Below, one piece after another: positions 8,661 through 18,303 of a stretch of DNA of 64,000 bases (positions are counted from its first letter, which is position 1; every line of letters begins with the position of its first letter). The position numbers and the translations under genes were made by a program. Origin of the DNA: Patescibacteria group bacterium (lineage in GTDB: Bacteria; Patescibacteriota; Microgenomatia; UBA12405); contig JBMNON010000004.1 of the NCBI GenBank assembly GCA_050943115.1, forward strand, positions 2,447-66,446, in the 5' to 3' direction. The notes below the pieces were generated by a model. The model was not told the DNA's origin. It was given only the letters and a program-made list of their open reading frames with translations, and made no database searches.

Positions 8661-8915
8661 ATGACTGAAAACAAATATTTAAAACCCGTAACTCAAGAAG
8701 AACTTGATACTTGGTTAAAGTTTGAGGCAGGATTGGATGATCCGGCGGCTCACGAAGCCAGTTATCGGAATACTGTTGGAGAGAAAAATTATATCCCCAA
8801 TCCACGTCTCAGGCTGGAATACCAGGGAAAAAATATTGTACAATCAGATAATGCGTATCCAGCTATACGACCGAGGCAGCCCGCAAGGGAAGAAATTGTG
8901 GAATCAGTTGGATAA
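8661..8915 (+). CDS. Hypothetical protein (84 aa)
   Basis: ATG 7 nt after TGtTATCTT; plausible composition, but overlaps the next gene by 65 nt. Confidence 0.45.
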   Translation: MTENKYLKPVTQEELDTWLKFEAGLDDPAAHEASYRNTVGEKNYIPNPRLRLEYQGKNIVQSDNAYPAIRPRQPAREEIVESVG

Positions 8916-9090
8916 CCTTTGCCAGCGTTTACAACTGGGTTCTTCTCCTGAATTTATTACTGATATGAGCCGGGTTTACTCATTGGGAGTACAAGGTAAC
9001 ACCGTTTTGTTAATAAATGGGCAGGTCGCCTTGGTTGATAAATTTCCTGACCAAAAAGAACTTGAAGATATTCTAAACGATTACCGTTAA
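8851..9090 (+). CDS. Small thioredoxin-fold protein (MTH895/Thioredoxin_3-like) lacking CxxC
   Basis: MRIQLYDRGSPQGKKL...ITDMSRVYSLGV...LLINGQV...P...ELEDIL; TACAAT 6 nt before ATG 8851. Confidence 0.65.
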   Translation: MRIQLYDRGSPQGKKLWNQLDNLCQRLQLGSSPEFITDMSRVYSLGVQGNTVLLINGQVALVDKFPDQKELEDILNDYR

Positions 9091-9884
9091 ATATTTAGTC
9101 CAAACAACCTGAGGGCATTATCATCTACGATGCTTTCTGTTTCTTCTAAATTCAGCTTCCAAATACTAGCCACTTTTCCGTAAACATATTTAACGTAATC
9201 AGGTTTGTTAACTTCCCCTCTGTGAGGAATCGGTGTCAGGAAAGGAGAATCTGTTTCCAGAATAAGCTTTTCTTTTGGTATTGCAGCCACCACATCGGCC
9301 AAGCCGGTTTCATAAGTCAAATTGCCGTCAATTCCAAAATACCAGTCAATCCCCAGATCTAACACGTTTTTAATCCTCTTTTTTCCTCCTGTATAACAAT
9401 GGAATACCCCCCTAAGACCCTTATATTCTCCCAGAATACCCAACACCTCATCGACCGATTTTCTGGCGTGTATTATTAGGGGGAAGCTATATTTTTTTGC
9501 CAATTGGATTTGTTTTCGGAAAAGTATTTCCTGTTCATCCTTGTCTCTCTCTCGTTCTTCCGGGGGAGGAGGGGAGTAGTCAAGCCCTGTCTCGCCGATA
9601 GCGACAACATATTCACGATTTAAATTAGCCAATTCTTCCAGTGAAATTATTTGTTCTTCAATTGGTAAATCAAGTTCCGGAGCTGTGTCCTGGGGGTGTA
9701 TACCAACACTGGCCCAAAGCAAGCCTTTATTGGATTTCGCCATTTCCACATTGTTTTTGGATTCTTCGATGTTGCTGGCGGCCAATATCACACACCTCAA
9801 GTCACTTTTCTTGATACCCCCTACTGTCTCCTCTAGCGAGACGTCGCAAAATCTATCATTAATGTGGGCATGCGTATCAATCAT
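9087..9884 (-). CDS. tatD: TatD-family DNase
   Basis: DTHAH, GIHP, IGETGLDY, IIHAR, FHCY, ETDSPF. Confidence 0.95.
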   Translation of the reverse strand: MIDTHAHINDRFCDVSLEETVGGIKKSDLRCVILAASNIEESKNNVEMAKSNKGLLWASVGIHPQDTAPELDLPIEEQIISLEELANLNREYVVAIGETGLDYSPPPPEERERDKDEQEILFRKQIQLAKKYSFPLIIHARKSVDEVLGILGEYKGLRGVFHCYTGGKKRIKNVLDLGIDWYFGIDGNLTYETGLADVVAAIPKEKLILETDSPFLTPIPHRGEVNKPDYVKYVYGKVASIWKLNLEETESIVDDNALRLFGLNI

Positions 9885-9988
9885 GGTTTTGTAATATTAT
9901 CATCAACATTTTTGTAAATTTTAAATTACTTTTTCAGATATTTCTCTATTTCCAAAAAAAGAAACCTTGCTTACCCCAAACACTACAA

Positions 9989-11395
9989 CTAAATTACCCG
10001 AGGGAACAGGGCCTTTACTGGAACCCTCACTTGACCCGAAAAACACTCGTGTATAACTTTGGAAGCATTCGGCATAAACGGGGCTAAAAGAGACGAGGCC
10101 CTTTTGATGTTAGCTATAAGCTCTTTTAGTAATGCTACCCTCGTCGGATCATCTTTTTCCAATTTCCAGGGAGTTTCTGAATTTAATTTGGCATTTGAAG
10201 AGTCAATAAATTCCGCAAAGACCCCCCTTATCGCTTCATCAAAATTTAGATTGTCAACCAGAAACTTGAAATCATTGTCAATTTTTACTTCTACATCTTC
10301 GATAACGATACCTTCTGCCAACTTAGCCAACCTCGATACCAAATTGCCTAAATTATTAGCTAAATCAGCATTATACCTTTCCTTAAACCTTTCAATACCC
10401 ACATCGGAATCATTATTGGTCGGAAACGATCTGGCAATCAAATACCTGCTGCCGTCCACGCCAAAAAGGTCAATTAACTGCTGTGGCGATATTACATCCC
10501 CCAGTGACTTTGACATTTTCTGTCCGTCAATAATATAAAAACTGTGAATAAAAGTTTTTTCAGGTAAATCCAAACCTGCCGACATTAGCATCGCTTGCCA
10601 AATGACTGTATGGAACCACAAAATTTCCTTCGCTAAAAGGTGGATATTGGCTGGCCAATATTTCCCCTTATCATCCAAAAATTGAGTGGCACTGTAATAA
10701 TTAATTAGGGCATCAATCCAAACGTAAATAGTGTGTTTTTTGTCCCAAGGGACAGGTATCCCCCACTCCACGTTTTCTCTTGATATAGATATATCCTTAA
10801 CACCTAATTTTAACTTCGAGAGAACCTCACTTCTTTTACCTTCAGGGTAAACATAATTAGTTTTATCGTCTTCTATTAACTCGATAATCTTTGGCACATA
10901 CTTGCTTAATCTAAAAAACCAATTTTCTTCTTCTCTCCAAACCGTTTTTTCCGGTGGATGAAGCGGGCAATGGCCGCCAACTAGGTCGGTTTCGGTTAGG
11001 AAGCTTTCACAGCCGATACAATACCAACCTTCGTATTTATCCTTATAAATATCCCTGTTATCATACATTTTTTGTAAAAAATCCTGGACTACCTTTTCGT
11101 GTCGGGGATCTGTTGTACGGATAAAAAAATCATTGCTGATATTTAGACTCTTCCAGGCTTCAGAAAATCGGGGAGCGATACTGTCGCAGTATTCCTGGGG
11201 CGACAAACCTGCTTTTTGGGCTGCCTCGTCTACTTTTTGGCCATGCTCATCGGTTCCCGTTAAAAAGAAAACATCATCCCCCAAGTTTCGATGAAGACGG
11301 GCGATGAAATCAGCCGCCAGAGTTGTTGAACTGTGGCCGATGTGTGGCACATCATTGATATAGTAAATCGGAGTTGTAATGTAAAAATTTTTCAT
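9989..11395 (-). CDS. metG: Methionyl-tRNA synthetase (short form)
   Basis: TTPIYY..DVPHIGH, GTDEHGQK, YVWIDALINY, KMSKS. Confidence 0.96.
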   Translation of the reverse strand: MKNFYITTPIYYINDVPHIGHSSTTLAADFIARLHRNLGDDVFFLTGTDEHGQKVDEAAQKAGLSPQEYCDSIAPRFSEAWKSLNISNDFFIRTTDPRHEKVVQDFLQKMYDNRDIYKDKYEGWYCIGCESFLTETDLVGGHCPLHPPEKTVWREEENWFFRLSKYVPKIIELIEDDKTNYVYPEGKRSEVLSKLKLGVKDISISRENVEWGIPVPWDKKHTIYVWIDALINYYSATQFLDDKGKYWPANIHLLAKEILWFHTVIWQAMLMSAGLDLPEKTFIHSFYIIDGQKMSKSLGDVISPQQLIDLFGVDGSRYLIARSFPTNNDSDVGIERFKERYNADLANNLGNLVSRLAKLAEGIVIEDVEVKIDNDFKFLVDNLNFDEAIRGVFAEFIDSSNAKLNSETPWKLEKDDPTRVALLKELIANIKRASSLLAPFMPNASKVIHECFSGQVRVPVKALFPRVI

Positions 11396-11463
11396 TTTAA
11401 GAAAACGTCAACTAATAAAGTATAACTTTATTTTGCCATGAATCCCCCAAATTAGGGTCATGG

Positions 11464-11751
11464 CTATGACATTTTCTTTGAGCTTTTCTTGGTAGTTGCT
11501 TTCGTATCTTGTTTTTTCACTTTGACTTTTCCGGCGAATTCCGACTTTAATCTGGCAACTTTATTGCCGCGATAAATCCTTTTCTTCCCAACCTTGTCAA
11601 GTGCAGAATATACGGCTTTTAAACCTTCAGCACTTGGTTTTGTCAAAAAATCTTTAACAATTTTCTTTAATTTACTTTTGGCGTATACATTTTCCTTGCG
11701 GTTTTTCAAGGACTTTCTTAATGATTTTTTTGCAGATAAACTAATTGGCAT
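11464..11751 (-). CDS. rpsT: 30S ribosomal protein S20
   Basis: SAKKSLRKS...N...KS, YSALDK..KK...NKVARLKS; Lys-rich tail. Confidence 0.9.
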   Translation of the reverse strand: MPISLSAKKSLRKSLKNRKENVYAKSKLKKIVKDFLTKPSAEGLKAVYSALDKVGKKRIYRGNKVARLKSEFAGKVKVKKQDTKATTKKSSKKMS

Positions 11752-11817
11752 GGCTCTTATTCTATCTCAACCTTCCCATATTTACAAGAATTTATATAAT
11801 AGGTCATAATTACACCT

Positions 11818-13431
11818 ATGAACATTAGGCAACGGCTTACCGTTTATACGACACGCCGGCAAAGCAGTATTCTTTCAGCTTCTATTGTTTTGGCTGTTAC
11901 CTTTGCCATATCGGCTGCCCTAGGTTATCTCCGGACCCGCTTTCTTTACGGCATGTTCTTTAAATGTTGCGCTTCTGAGTTGGATGCCTACAATGCTGCT
12001 TTCCGCTTACCGGATTTAATATTCAAGCTTTTAGTAACTGGCGCCTTATCAGCCTCATTCATTCCTGTATTTTCCGGCTATCTTCACAAAGATCCCAAGC
12101 AAGCCAACAAAATTGCCTCAACGGTAATAAACCTCCTATTTCTAGTTTTTATCGGTGCCGCCATAACACTTTTAATGTTTACCCGCCCCTTATCTGAACT
12201 CATTGCTACCGGTTTTACTTCAGAACAATTTGATTTAATGGTCAACCTTACCCGGATACTTTTGACCGCCCAAATCTTCTTCCTCATTAGCAATTTCATC
12301 ACGGCCATACTCCAAGTAAATCAGATTTTTCTCATTCCGGCCTTTTCTCCTATCGTCTACAACTTATTTATTATCCTTAGCATTTTCACGCTCGCCCCCC
12401 GCTTTGGTTTATATGGGGTTGCTTATGGTGCTGTTGTTGGTGCCTTTTTCCACCTGGCAATACAAATACCAATTGCTAGGCGAGTTGGATTTAATTATTC
12501 CTTGGTTGCCGATACAAAACTAAAAGGGGTCAGGGAAGTTGTTAGGTTAATGATCCCCCGCAGTTTGTCTTTGGGCTTAGGTGAAATTGAGAATACTGTT
12601 ACCTTATTCTTTTCCAGCACGCTTGCCGTTGGTTCCTTTTCCTTACTTAACTTAGCAATGCAACTTATATATCTCCCCTCCAGGATTTTTGGGACTACAG
12701 TAGGTCAAGCGTCATTACCGATTCTGTCGAAAAATATCGCCAGAAATGAGCTTAACACCTTTCGTCAAACCGTCAACAAAACTCTCCTTCAAAGTTTATT
12801 CATCTCACTTCCCATCGCCACGCTTTTGTTGATATTACGCCTGCCGGTAGTGAGAATTGCCTACGGATCAAGGCAATTTCCATGGGAAGCCACCGTACTT
12901 ACCGCCAAAACTCTGGCTTTCCTGACACCGGTTATAGTTTGCCAGGCTGCTATCCAAATCCTTGTTAGGTCCTTTTATGCCCTCCACAACACCAAAACTC
13001 CTCTACATATCTCGACCATTTCACTGCTTACAAACATTATCCTAAACTACACCTTTATAAAATTAACTGATCTTGGAATAATGGGGTTGGCTATCAGTTC
13101 GTCGGTAAGCAATATTATCCAGGTGTCCGGATTGATGTTTCTGTTTATCAAAAAAGTCGACGGCTTCAACTGGCTTTCAACCTTCAAATCGGCATTTAGA
13201 ATATTTATTGCTTCCTTAGCCGCGGGAGCGTCCACTTGGATGGTGTTCAAAGGTTTGGATCTTTTCTTGCTAAACACCAGCAGAACCATCAACGTTCTAT
13301 TGCTGCTCGGTTCCACCTCTGCCATAGGCGGTTCCATTTATCTGATTTTAGCTCACCTACTTAATATCGAAGAATTCGCCGAATATAAAAAGTATTTCCT
13401 GAAAACCAAGCGTTTTATTTCCGCCAAATAG
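11818..13431 (+). CDS. murJ: Lipid II flippase MurJ
   Basis: LGYLR, DAYNAAFRLPD, GALSASFIPVF, RSFYALHNTKTP; many TMs. Confidence 0.93.
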   Translation: MNIRQRLTVYTTRRQSSILSASIVLAVTFAISAALGYLRTRFLYGMFFKCCASELDAYNAAFRLPDLIFKLLVTGALSASFIPVFSGYLHKDPKQANKIASTVINLLFLVFIGAAITLLMFTRPLSELIATGFTSEQFDLMVNLTRILLTAQIFFLISNFITAILQVNQIFLIPAFSPIVYNLFIILSIFTLAPRFGLYGVAYGAVVGAFFHLAIQIPIARRVGFNYSLVADTKLKGVREVVRLMIPRSLSLGLGEIENTVTLFFSSTLAVGSFSLLNLAMQLIYLPSRIFGTTVGQASLPILSKNIARNELNTFRQTVNKTLLQSLFISLPIATLLLILRLPVVRIAYGSRQFPWEATVLTAKTLAFLTPVIVCQAAIQILVRSFYALHNTKTPLHISTISLLTNIILNYTFIKLTDLGIMGLAISSSVSNIIQVSGLMFLFIKKVDGFNWLSTFKSAFRIFIASLAAGASTWMVFKGLDLFLLNTSRTINVLLLLGSTSAIGGSIYLILAHLLNIEEFAEYKKYFLKTKRFISAK

Positions 13432-13448
13432 TTGTATATACTGTTTAT

Positions 13449-14015
13449 ATGAAACCCAAAAAAGAGATTTCTCTTTTGCCGGATGAGATGGACCTCAACT
13501 CACCTTCTGCCCGTCTTTTACGCTGGATTACAACTGTCGGCCGTGTTGTCATAATTGCAACCGAACTGGTTGTTATCGGTGCTTTTCTCTCCCGGTTCTA
13601 TCTTGACAGAAAAAATGCCGATCTCTCTGAGGTAATAAGACAGCAAAGAGCTATATTGGATAGTACCAAAGAGTTTGAAGATGACTTTACTCAGCTACAA
13701 ACCAAGTTGTCCACGATAAAAAAGGTTTATGCCGCCACCCCAGCTTATGATGAAAAAATTAGCGATTTAGTTACTAGTACCCCCCTCGATATCAGATATG
13801 AAAGTATGTCTATCAAAAAGTCCGATACGAATACGATTTCTGCTGACATCGAACTGATAGCTTTCCAGGAAGAGTCGATTGTCAATTTTATAACCAATTT
13901 AATTCTTAGCCCTTCCATGGATTCTGTCAACATTCGGACCATCAAGAAAAATTCAAAAGAAAACTTTTATAGGGTTACAATAGCCTTGGTTTTCAAAAAG
14001 GATCAGCCAAAATGA
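13449..14015 (+). CDS. PilN-like type IV pilus alignment protein
   Basis: EISLLP N-terminal motif (INLLP-like), single TM, coiled coil, ferredoxin-like C-terminus. Confidence 0.65.
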   Translation: MKPKKEISLLPDEMDLNSPSARLLRWITTVGRVVIIATELVVIGAFLSRFYLDRKNADLSEVIRQQRAILDSTKEFEDDFTQLQTKLSTIKKVYAATPAYDEKISDLVTSTPLDIRYESMSIKKSDTNTISADIELIAFQEESIVNFITNLILSPSMDSVNIRTIKKNSKENFYRVTIALVFKKDQPK

Positions 14016-14650
14016 ATTTCACTGAAACCCTGAAAACCCAAAAAATTCACCGCTTTGTAAAAAAGCAAAGAGAAAATAAAAAATTTCTCAAGTCACTGGA
14101 GTTAAGCGGTACTTTTTTCCTTATTGCCTTTTTTGGTTTATTTGCAATAAAACCGGCAATCACAACAATTTCCGGCTTGGTCGGGGACATTAAGGCTAAG
14201 GAACAGCTCACAGTAAAATTAAGGGAGAGGATTAAAAATATAATACAAGCTCAGGAAAATTATGCCCTTATCCAGGAGAAGTACAGCGTAATCGAATCTA
14301 GCCTTCCCGAAGGTTATCATTTTTTTAACTCTTCTAGCCAATTCCGGGCCTCCTTCATTGAGCAAAATGTCGCTTCTGACAGGTTGGTATATGGCTTTTC
14401 TGACACCCAAAAGCAGTCAGTTAAGAATCTACAAGCCTACAATATAAAGACCGGTGGTCAGGCCGATTTTTCACAAATAGTCGGTTTTGTCGACAAGATA
14501 CTTGGTGTCAGGAGATTGATGGATATTGATCAAATTAACTTTTCAATTGAAAAGGATGCCTACGCTGGCAGCCAAAGTGAAGCTAGCGCATCAGGTGGTT
14601 TGAAATTTAATATCAATGCCGATGTTTTTTACTGGGAGGAAGAAAAATGA
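14012..14650 (+). CDS. PilO-like type IV pilus alignment protein
   Basis: TM ending FAIKP, coiled coil, SLP, G.FSQI..F..KI...RRLMDI..I pattern. Confidence 0.7.
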   Translation: MNFTETLKTQKIHRFVKKQRENKKFLKSLELSGTFFLIAFFGLFAIKPAITTISGLVGDIKAKEQLTVKLRERIKNIIQAQENYALIQEKYSVIESSLPEGYHFFNSSSQFRASFIEQNVASDRLVYGFSDTQKQSVKNLQAYNIKTGGQADFSQIVGFVDKILGVRRLMDIDQINFSIEKDAYAGSQSEASASGGLKFNINADVFYWEEEK

Positions 14651-14940
14651 ACAAAGAAAAAACTTCATCGTATTTGATATTCATTTCAATTTTTACTTTC
14701 CTCACCGTCTTCACCCTGCTTATTCAAAAAAGTTATGAAAATTTAATCAAACCCACTCAAAACCTTGGCACCAACGAAAATATTACTCCGATGAATCCGA
14801 ACCTGGACATGACTGTTCTGGATGAAATTGAAAAGAGGGAAGATCTGCGTGTCGAGGATATAGACATGGGATTGCTTCAGGAGCTTGTGCCAACTCCGGA
14901 TTCTACCGATACAGGTACTCAATCAGTTAGGCTTCAATAA
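14647..14940 (+). CDS. Small single-TM protein in the pilNO operon
   Basis: N-terminal TM, ITPMNPNLD..VLDEI..R; ATGA coupling with upstream gene. Confidence 0.65.
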   Translation: MNKEKTSSYLIFISIFTFLTVFTLLIQKSYENLIKPTQNLGTNENITPMNPNLDMTVLDEIEKREDLRVEDIDMGLLQELVPTPDSTDTGTQSVRLQ

Positions 14941-14942
14941 CC

Positions 14943-16292
14943 ATGCGACAAGAAAAAAGGATACCGACACTCTTAGGACTGATCCTTCTCGTTCTATTTA
15001 TATTTGGAGGCGTTAGCCTAACCAGAAAAACAACATCTCTCAATACAAAAGCTAGTAATCCCTGTAAACCAATCAACCCCCAAGTAACCAACATTACCAA
15101 CAACTCCGCCGATATCTCTTTTCTAACAGAGTCCACTTGCTCATCAGCAATTATCATTACCGACAGGACAATTACTAACTTTAGGGAAAACAGCCAGGTG
15201 CACTACTTTCAGATAACTAGTTTACAAACCTCTACTGACTATACCTTTTCTTTCTTAATAAACGGCAACCGGCAGGAAAGCAGTAATTACAAATTTACAA
15301 CTGCCGGACAGCCATCAGGCAACATGCCCACATCAAACTTGGCTTGGGGAAAAGTTTATACCCCGGATCATCAACCGGCAATTGACGCTATCGTTTATCT
15401 AAATATTCCGGGGGCTTCTCCTCTGTCTTCTCGGGTTACGTCAAACGGATATTGGAATATCTCATTGGCTACTAGTTTTGATATTAATCAGAACACCTGG
15501 TTCACTCCGCCGGAAAACATAGAGGAAGATATCGTCGTACTTTACCCCAACTCTCCTCCGACCCAAATCACCAGTAGCACATCAAGAAACAATCCGGTAC
15601 CTGATATCATAATCGGTCGCAACTCATTTTCTTCAGTTAGCGCCAGTGGCGAAGAACCACCCGGTGTTATAGATCTTCCCGATCCTGGAGCTGTCCAAAT
15701 ACCCCTTGATATTATCAACCCCAAAAATAACGAATCAATAAATACCCAAAAACCCGATTTTTTTGGTAGCGGACCGGCAAATACCGTAGTCGAAATTCAG
15801 GTTGAATCACCCCAAACATTTACCGGCCAAGTCCACATAAATGATGATGGATCATGGAATTGGTCTCCTCCTGAAAATTTGGAGCCGGGAGAACATACAA
15901 TTACTGTTACTGCTACTGACCCCGAAACTGGTTTGGTAGAAACAGTCAAAAGAAGATTCGTTGTTCTGGCGGCTGATAACGACAACCTTGCCTTCACCGC
16001 TTCACAATCAGCCAGTCAAGCTAGCCCTACTCCGACAACAATACCCACCCCAACAGCCAAAGTTAGTAGCGCGAGTCCGTCTCCAACTCAAATACCAACT
16101 GTAACACCAGCAACAATTCCCACCAAAAAACCGGATGCACCAACACCAATTCCATCTATTACTTCTTCTAGTTCCGGCACCCAATCCAGCTTACTCGAAA
16201 GCGGACAGACCACCCCTACTTTACTTACTTTCATTGTTTCTACATCCCTGATTGGTCTTGGTTTAAGGCTGTTAAGGAAAACAAGTATTTAA
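14943..16292 (+). CDS. Surface protein with FN3-like and Ig-like domains, PT linker and C-terminal sorting-like signal
   Basis: VTNITNNSADISF...H...ITSLQTSTDYTF (FN3-like); P.F.G.G.AN...DDGSWNW.P...LEPGEHTITV (Ig-like); ends LLESG + hydrophobic stretch + RLLRK. Confidence 0.75.
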   Translation: MRQEKRIPTLLGLILLVLFIFGGVSLTRKTTSLNTKASNPCKPINPQVTNITNNSADISFLTESTCSSAIIITDRTITNFRENSQVHYFQITSLQTSTDYTFSFLINGNRQESSNYKFTTAGQPSGNMPTSNLAWGKVYTPDHQPAIDAIVYLNIPGASPLSSRVTSNGYWNISLATSFDINQNTWFTPPENIEEDIVVLYPNSPPTQITSSTSRNNPVPDIIIGRNSFSSVSASGEEPPGVIDLPDPGAVQIPLDIINPKNNESINTQKPDFFGSGPANTVVEIQVESPQTFTGQVHINDDGSWNWSPPENLEPGEHTITVTATDPETGLVETVKRRFVVLAADNDNLAFTASQSASQASPTPTTIPTPTAKVSSASPSPTQIPTVTPATIPTKKPDAPTPIPSITSSSSGTQSSLLESGQTTPTLLTFIVSTSLIGLGLRLLRKTSI

Positions 16293-16325
16293 AACTCGAA
16301 AATTTTCCTCTAAACTAACAATATA

Positions 16326-17369
16326 ATGCTTGTTCGTAAATATCTTTATGCCATTTTTACTATAGTCTTTTTCTCGCTATCACTCGTCGGTACCCTTTAC
16401 TTGGTTCAAAGAAATCAGGATATTAGGGACAGGGCTGAGGGTTGTCCTGAATGTCAGGAATGGAACGGTAGTTCTTGTTACTGGGATTTTAGCGGAGGAG
16501 GCGATGACTATTACATCCGATGTTGTTGCGCCCACCCTGATATATGTTCTGAGAGCGACGATTGGATGCAAAATTATTGCCAATCAAGCCCGGACGAATG
16601 TACCGTCTATCACCAAGGATCTTGTTTTACTGTAGAAAATTGCCAAGGTGAACAGGTTCAAAGATTTCACAAAAACTATACTGGTACGTCCGATAATTAT
16701 GATCAGGGTTTCTGCGGAACAACTGAAAATCCCGAATCACGCATAACTGTTCCCGATAATAACCAACATACTTATTGTGCTAACGCCAATCCTTGCGAGT
16801 GCGCCCAAATCGATCACCACTTCGACGGTGCTGGTGTCGATGGACCTGGAGGTGTCTGTGAGTGTAAAGCTTGTCCTCCACCCACCAATCCTCCTACCCA
16901 AATTCCTACAACCCCACCCACCAATACACCTACTCTGACCCCCACTAAAACTCCCACCCCTACAGCCACTAAAACTCCGACTCCTACTGCCACCAAGACT
17001 CCCACCCCAACCCATACGCCCACTCCCACCAAAACTCCGACTCCTACTGCCAGCAACACCCCGCCTCCAGGATCTACTCCGACCTCAACTCCTATTCCTA
17101 CAAACACGCCCACTCCCACCAAAACTCCAACCCCTGTCCCCCCATCTGGCACGCCCGCTCCAAGCAATACTCCTGCTCCCAGCAATACCCCAATACCGAC
17201 CCTGGTTATTGCCCAAAATACACCCGTTCCTACCGACGCCCCTGCAATAGCTCAGGCTCCCAGCCCAACTACAGTCACCTTGCCGCAAGCTGGCGTAGAC
17301 CTTCCGGTAAAGATAATCGCCGTTGTCGGTACAATTATCACATTGTTCGGCTTTTTGATATTATTATAA
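16326..17369 (+). CDS. 18-Cys surface protein with PT stalk and LPQAG sorting motif
   Basis: N-terminal TM + QRNQDIRDRA, Cys-rich domain, TPT repeats, LPQAG (17280-17294) followed by a terminal hydrophobic segment. Confidence 0.8.
   Translation: MLVRKYLYAIFTIVFFSLSLVGTLYLVQRNQDIRDRAEGCPECQEWNGSSCYWDFSGGGDDYYIRCCCAHPDICSESDDWMQNYCQSSPDECTVYHQGSCFTVENCQGEQVQRFHKNYTGTSDNYDQGFCGTTENPESRITVPDNNQHTYCANANPCECAQIDHHFDGAGVDGPGGVCECKACPPPTNPPTQIPTTPPTNTPTLTPTKTPTPTATKTPTPTATKTPTPTHTPTPTKTPTPTASNTPPPGSTPTSTPIPTNTPTPTKTPTPVPPSGTPAPSNTPAPSNTPIPTLVIAQNTPVPTDAPAIAQAPSPTTVTLPQAGVDLPVKIIAVVGTIITLFGFLILL
16885..17200 (+). repeat. Imperfect Thr-Pro coding repeats
   Basis: Recurrent TKTPTPTA/SNTPAP units; ACGCCCACTCCCACCAAAACTCC occurs at 17016 and 17106. 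Confidence 0.7.
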
Positions 17370-17373
17370 TTTG

Positions 17374-18303
17374 ATGACTACATCTTTAAGGGTTAATCTT
17401 CTTTCTCTGATAGAAGCGCTACGTCCGGTTCAGTGGATTAAAAATTTAAATTTATTCGCCGCCGCTATCCTCAATGGTCAGTTAACAAATGCTGAAGTCT
17501 TTTTTAAAAGCCTGGGTGCTTTTATTGTCTTTAGTCTTTTATCATCTTCTTCCTATTTGATAAATGATCTTGTTGACATTAACAACGACAGGAACCACCC
17601 TGTTAAAAAAAACCGCCCATTGGCCAGGGGTGACGTCTCTGAATCACTTGCCATCTTTACTGCCTTCCTACTGCTTATCCTGGGCTTATTCCTGGCAATG
17701 TTTATCAACCCTGGTTTTCTGTTTATATCCCTTGTGTTTGTTTTTCTTCAATATACATATTCTCTGGTCCTAAAAAAGAAGGCTATCCTCGATATTATCG
17801 GTATTGCTTTTTTCTTTATCCTAAGGGCATATGCTGGTGAAATTGCTACCGGTTACCATTTACCCGTATGGATAATGTTGACGGTAATTTTTCTCTCCTT
17901 GTTTATCGCAAGCGGTAAAAGACGCAGCGAGCTTGTGAATACCGGTTCCAAAACCAGAGCCGCTCTAAAAGGTTATGGTACTTCTCTTCTTAACTTTTAC
18001 ACTACCATGTTCGGCGTTTGCACCCTTATCACATACGCCATGTTTACCTTTCTGGAAGAGCCTGTCAGATTTCAAGGACTAATTCATAATTTTTTGCTGG
18101 AAAATTTTCCGGCAGCGCTTGACCGCAAGTGGTATATGGTAACGCTTCTTCCGGTGATATTTGGTATTATGCGCTACGGCCAGATTATCTTTGAAATGCA
18201 GGAAGGGGAGAGGCCTGAACGGGTTGTTGCTACTGATATCCCGCTTCTGATGTCCATCCTCGCATGGGGTCTAATGATAATCACCATTATTTATGTTCTT
18301 TAA
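17374..18303 (+). CDS. UbiA-family polyprenyl-phosphate phosphoribosyltransferase (DPPR synthase-like)
   Basis: RPVQWIKNL, YLINDLVD...DRNHPVKKNRPLARG, LKKKAILDI, GKRRSEL motifs of the Rv3806c-like subfamily. Confidence 0.85.
   Translation: MTTSLRVNLLSLIEALRPVQWIKNLNLFAAAILNGQLTNAEVFFKSLGAFIVFSLLSSSSYLINDLVDINNDRNHPVKKNRPLARGDVSESLAIFTAFLLLILGLFLAMFINPGFLFISLVFVFLQYTYSLVLKKKAILDIIGIAFFFILRAYAGEIATGYHLPVWIMLTVIFLSLFIASGKRRSELVNTGSKTRAALKGYGTSLLNFYTTMFGVCTLITYAMFTFLEEPVRFQGLIHNFLLENFPAALDRKWYMVTLLPVIFGIMRYGQIIFEMQEGERPERVVATDIPLLMSILAWGLMIITIIYVL

Noticed and set aside
8661-9090. Programmed frameshift joining the two overlapping ORFs at G_GGA_AAA (about 8825)
   Set aside because: The heptamer would give a -1 shift but the second ORF is in the +1 frame, and it has its own -10 and ATG at 8851
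16737-17288. GV/GS-rich minus-strand ORFs
   Set aside because: Shadows of the PT stalk in 16326..17369
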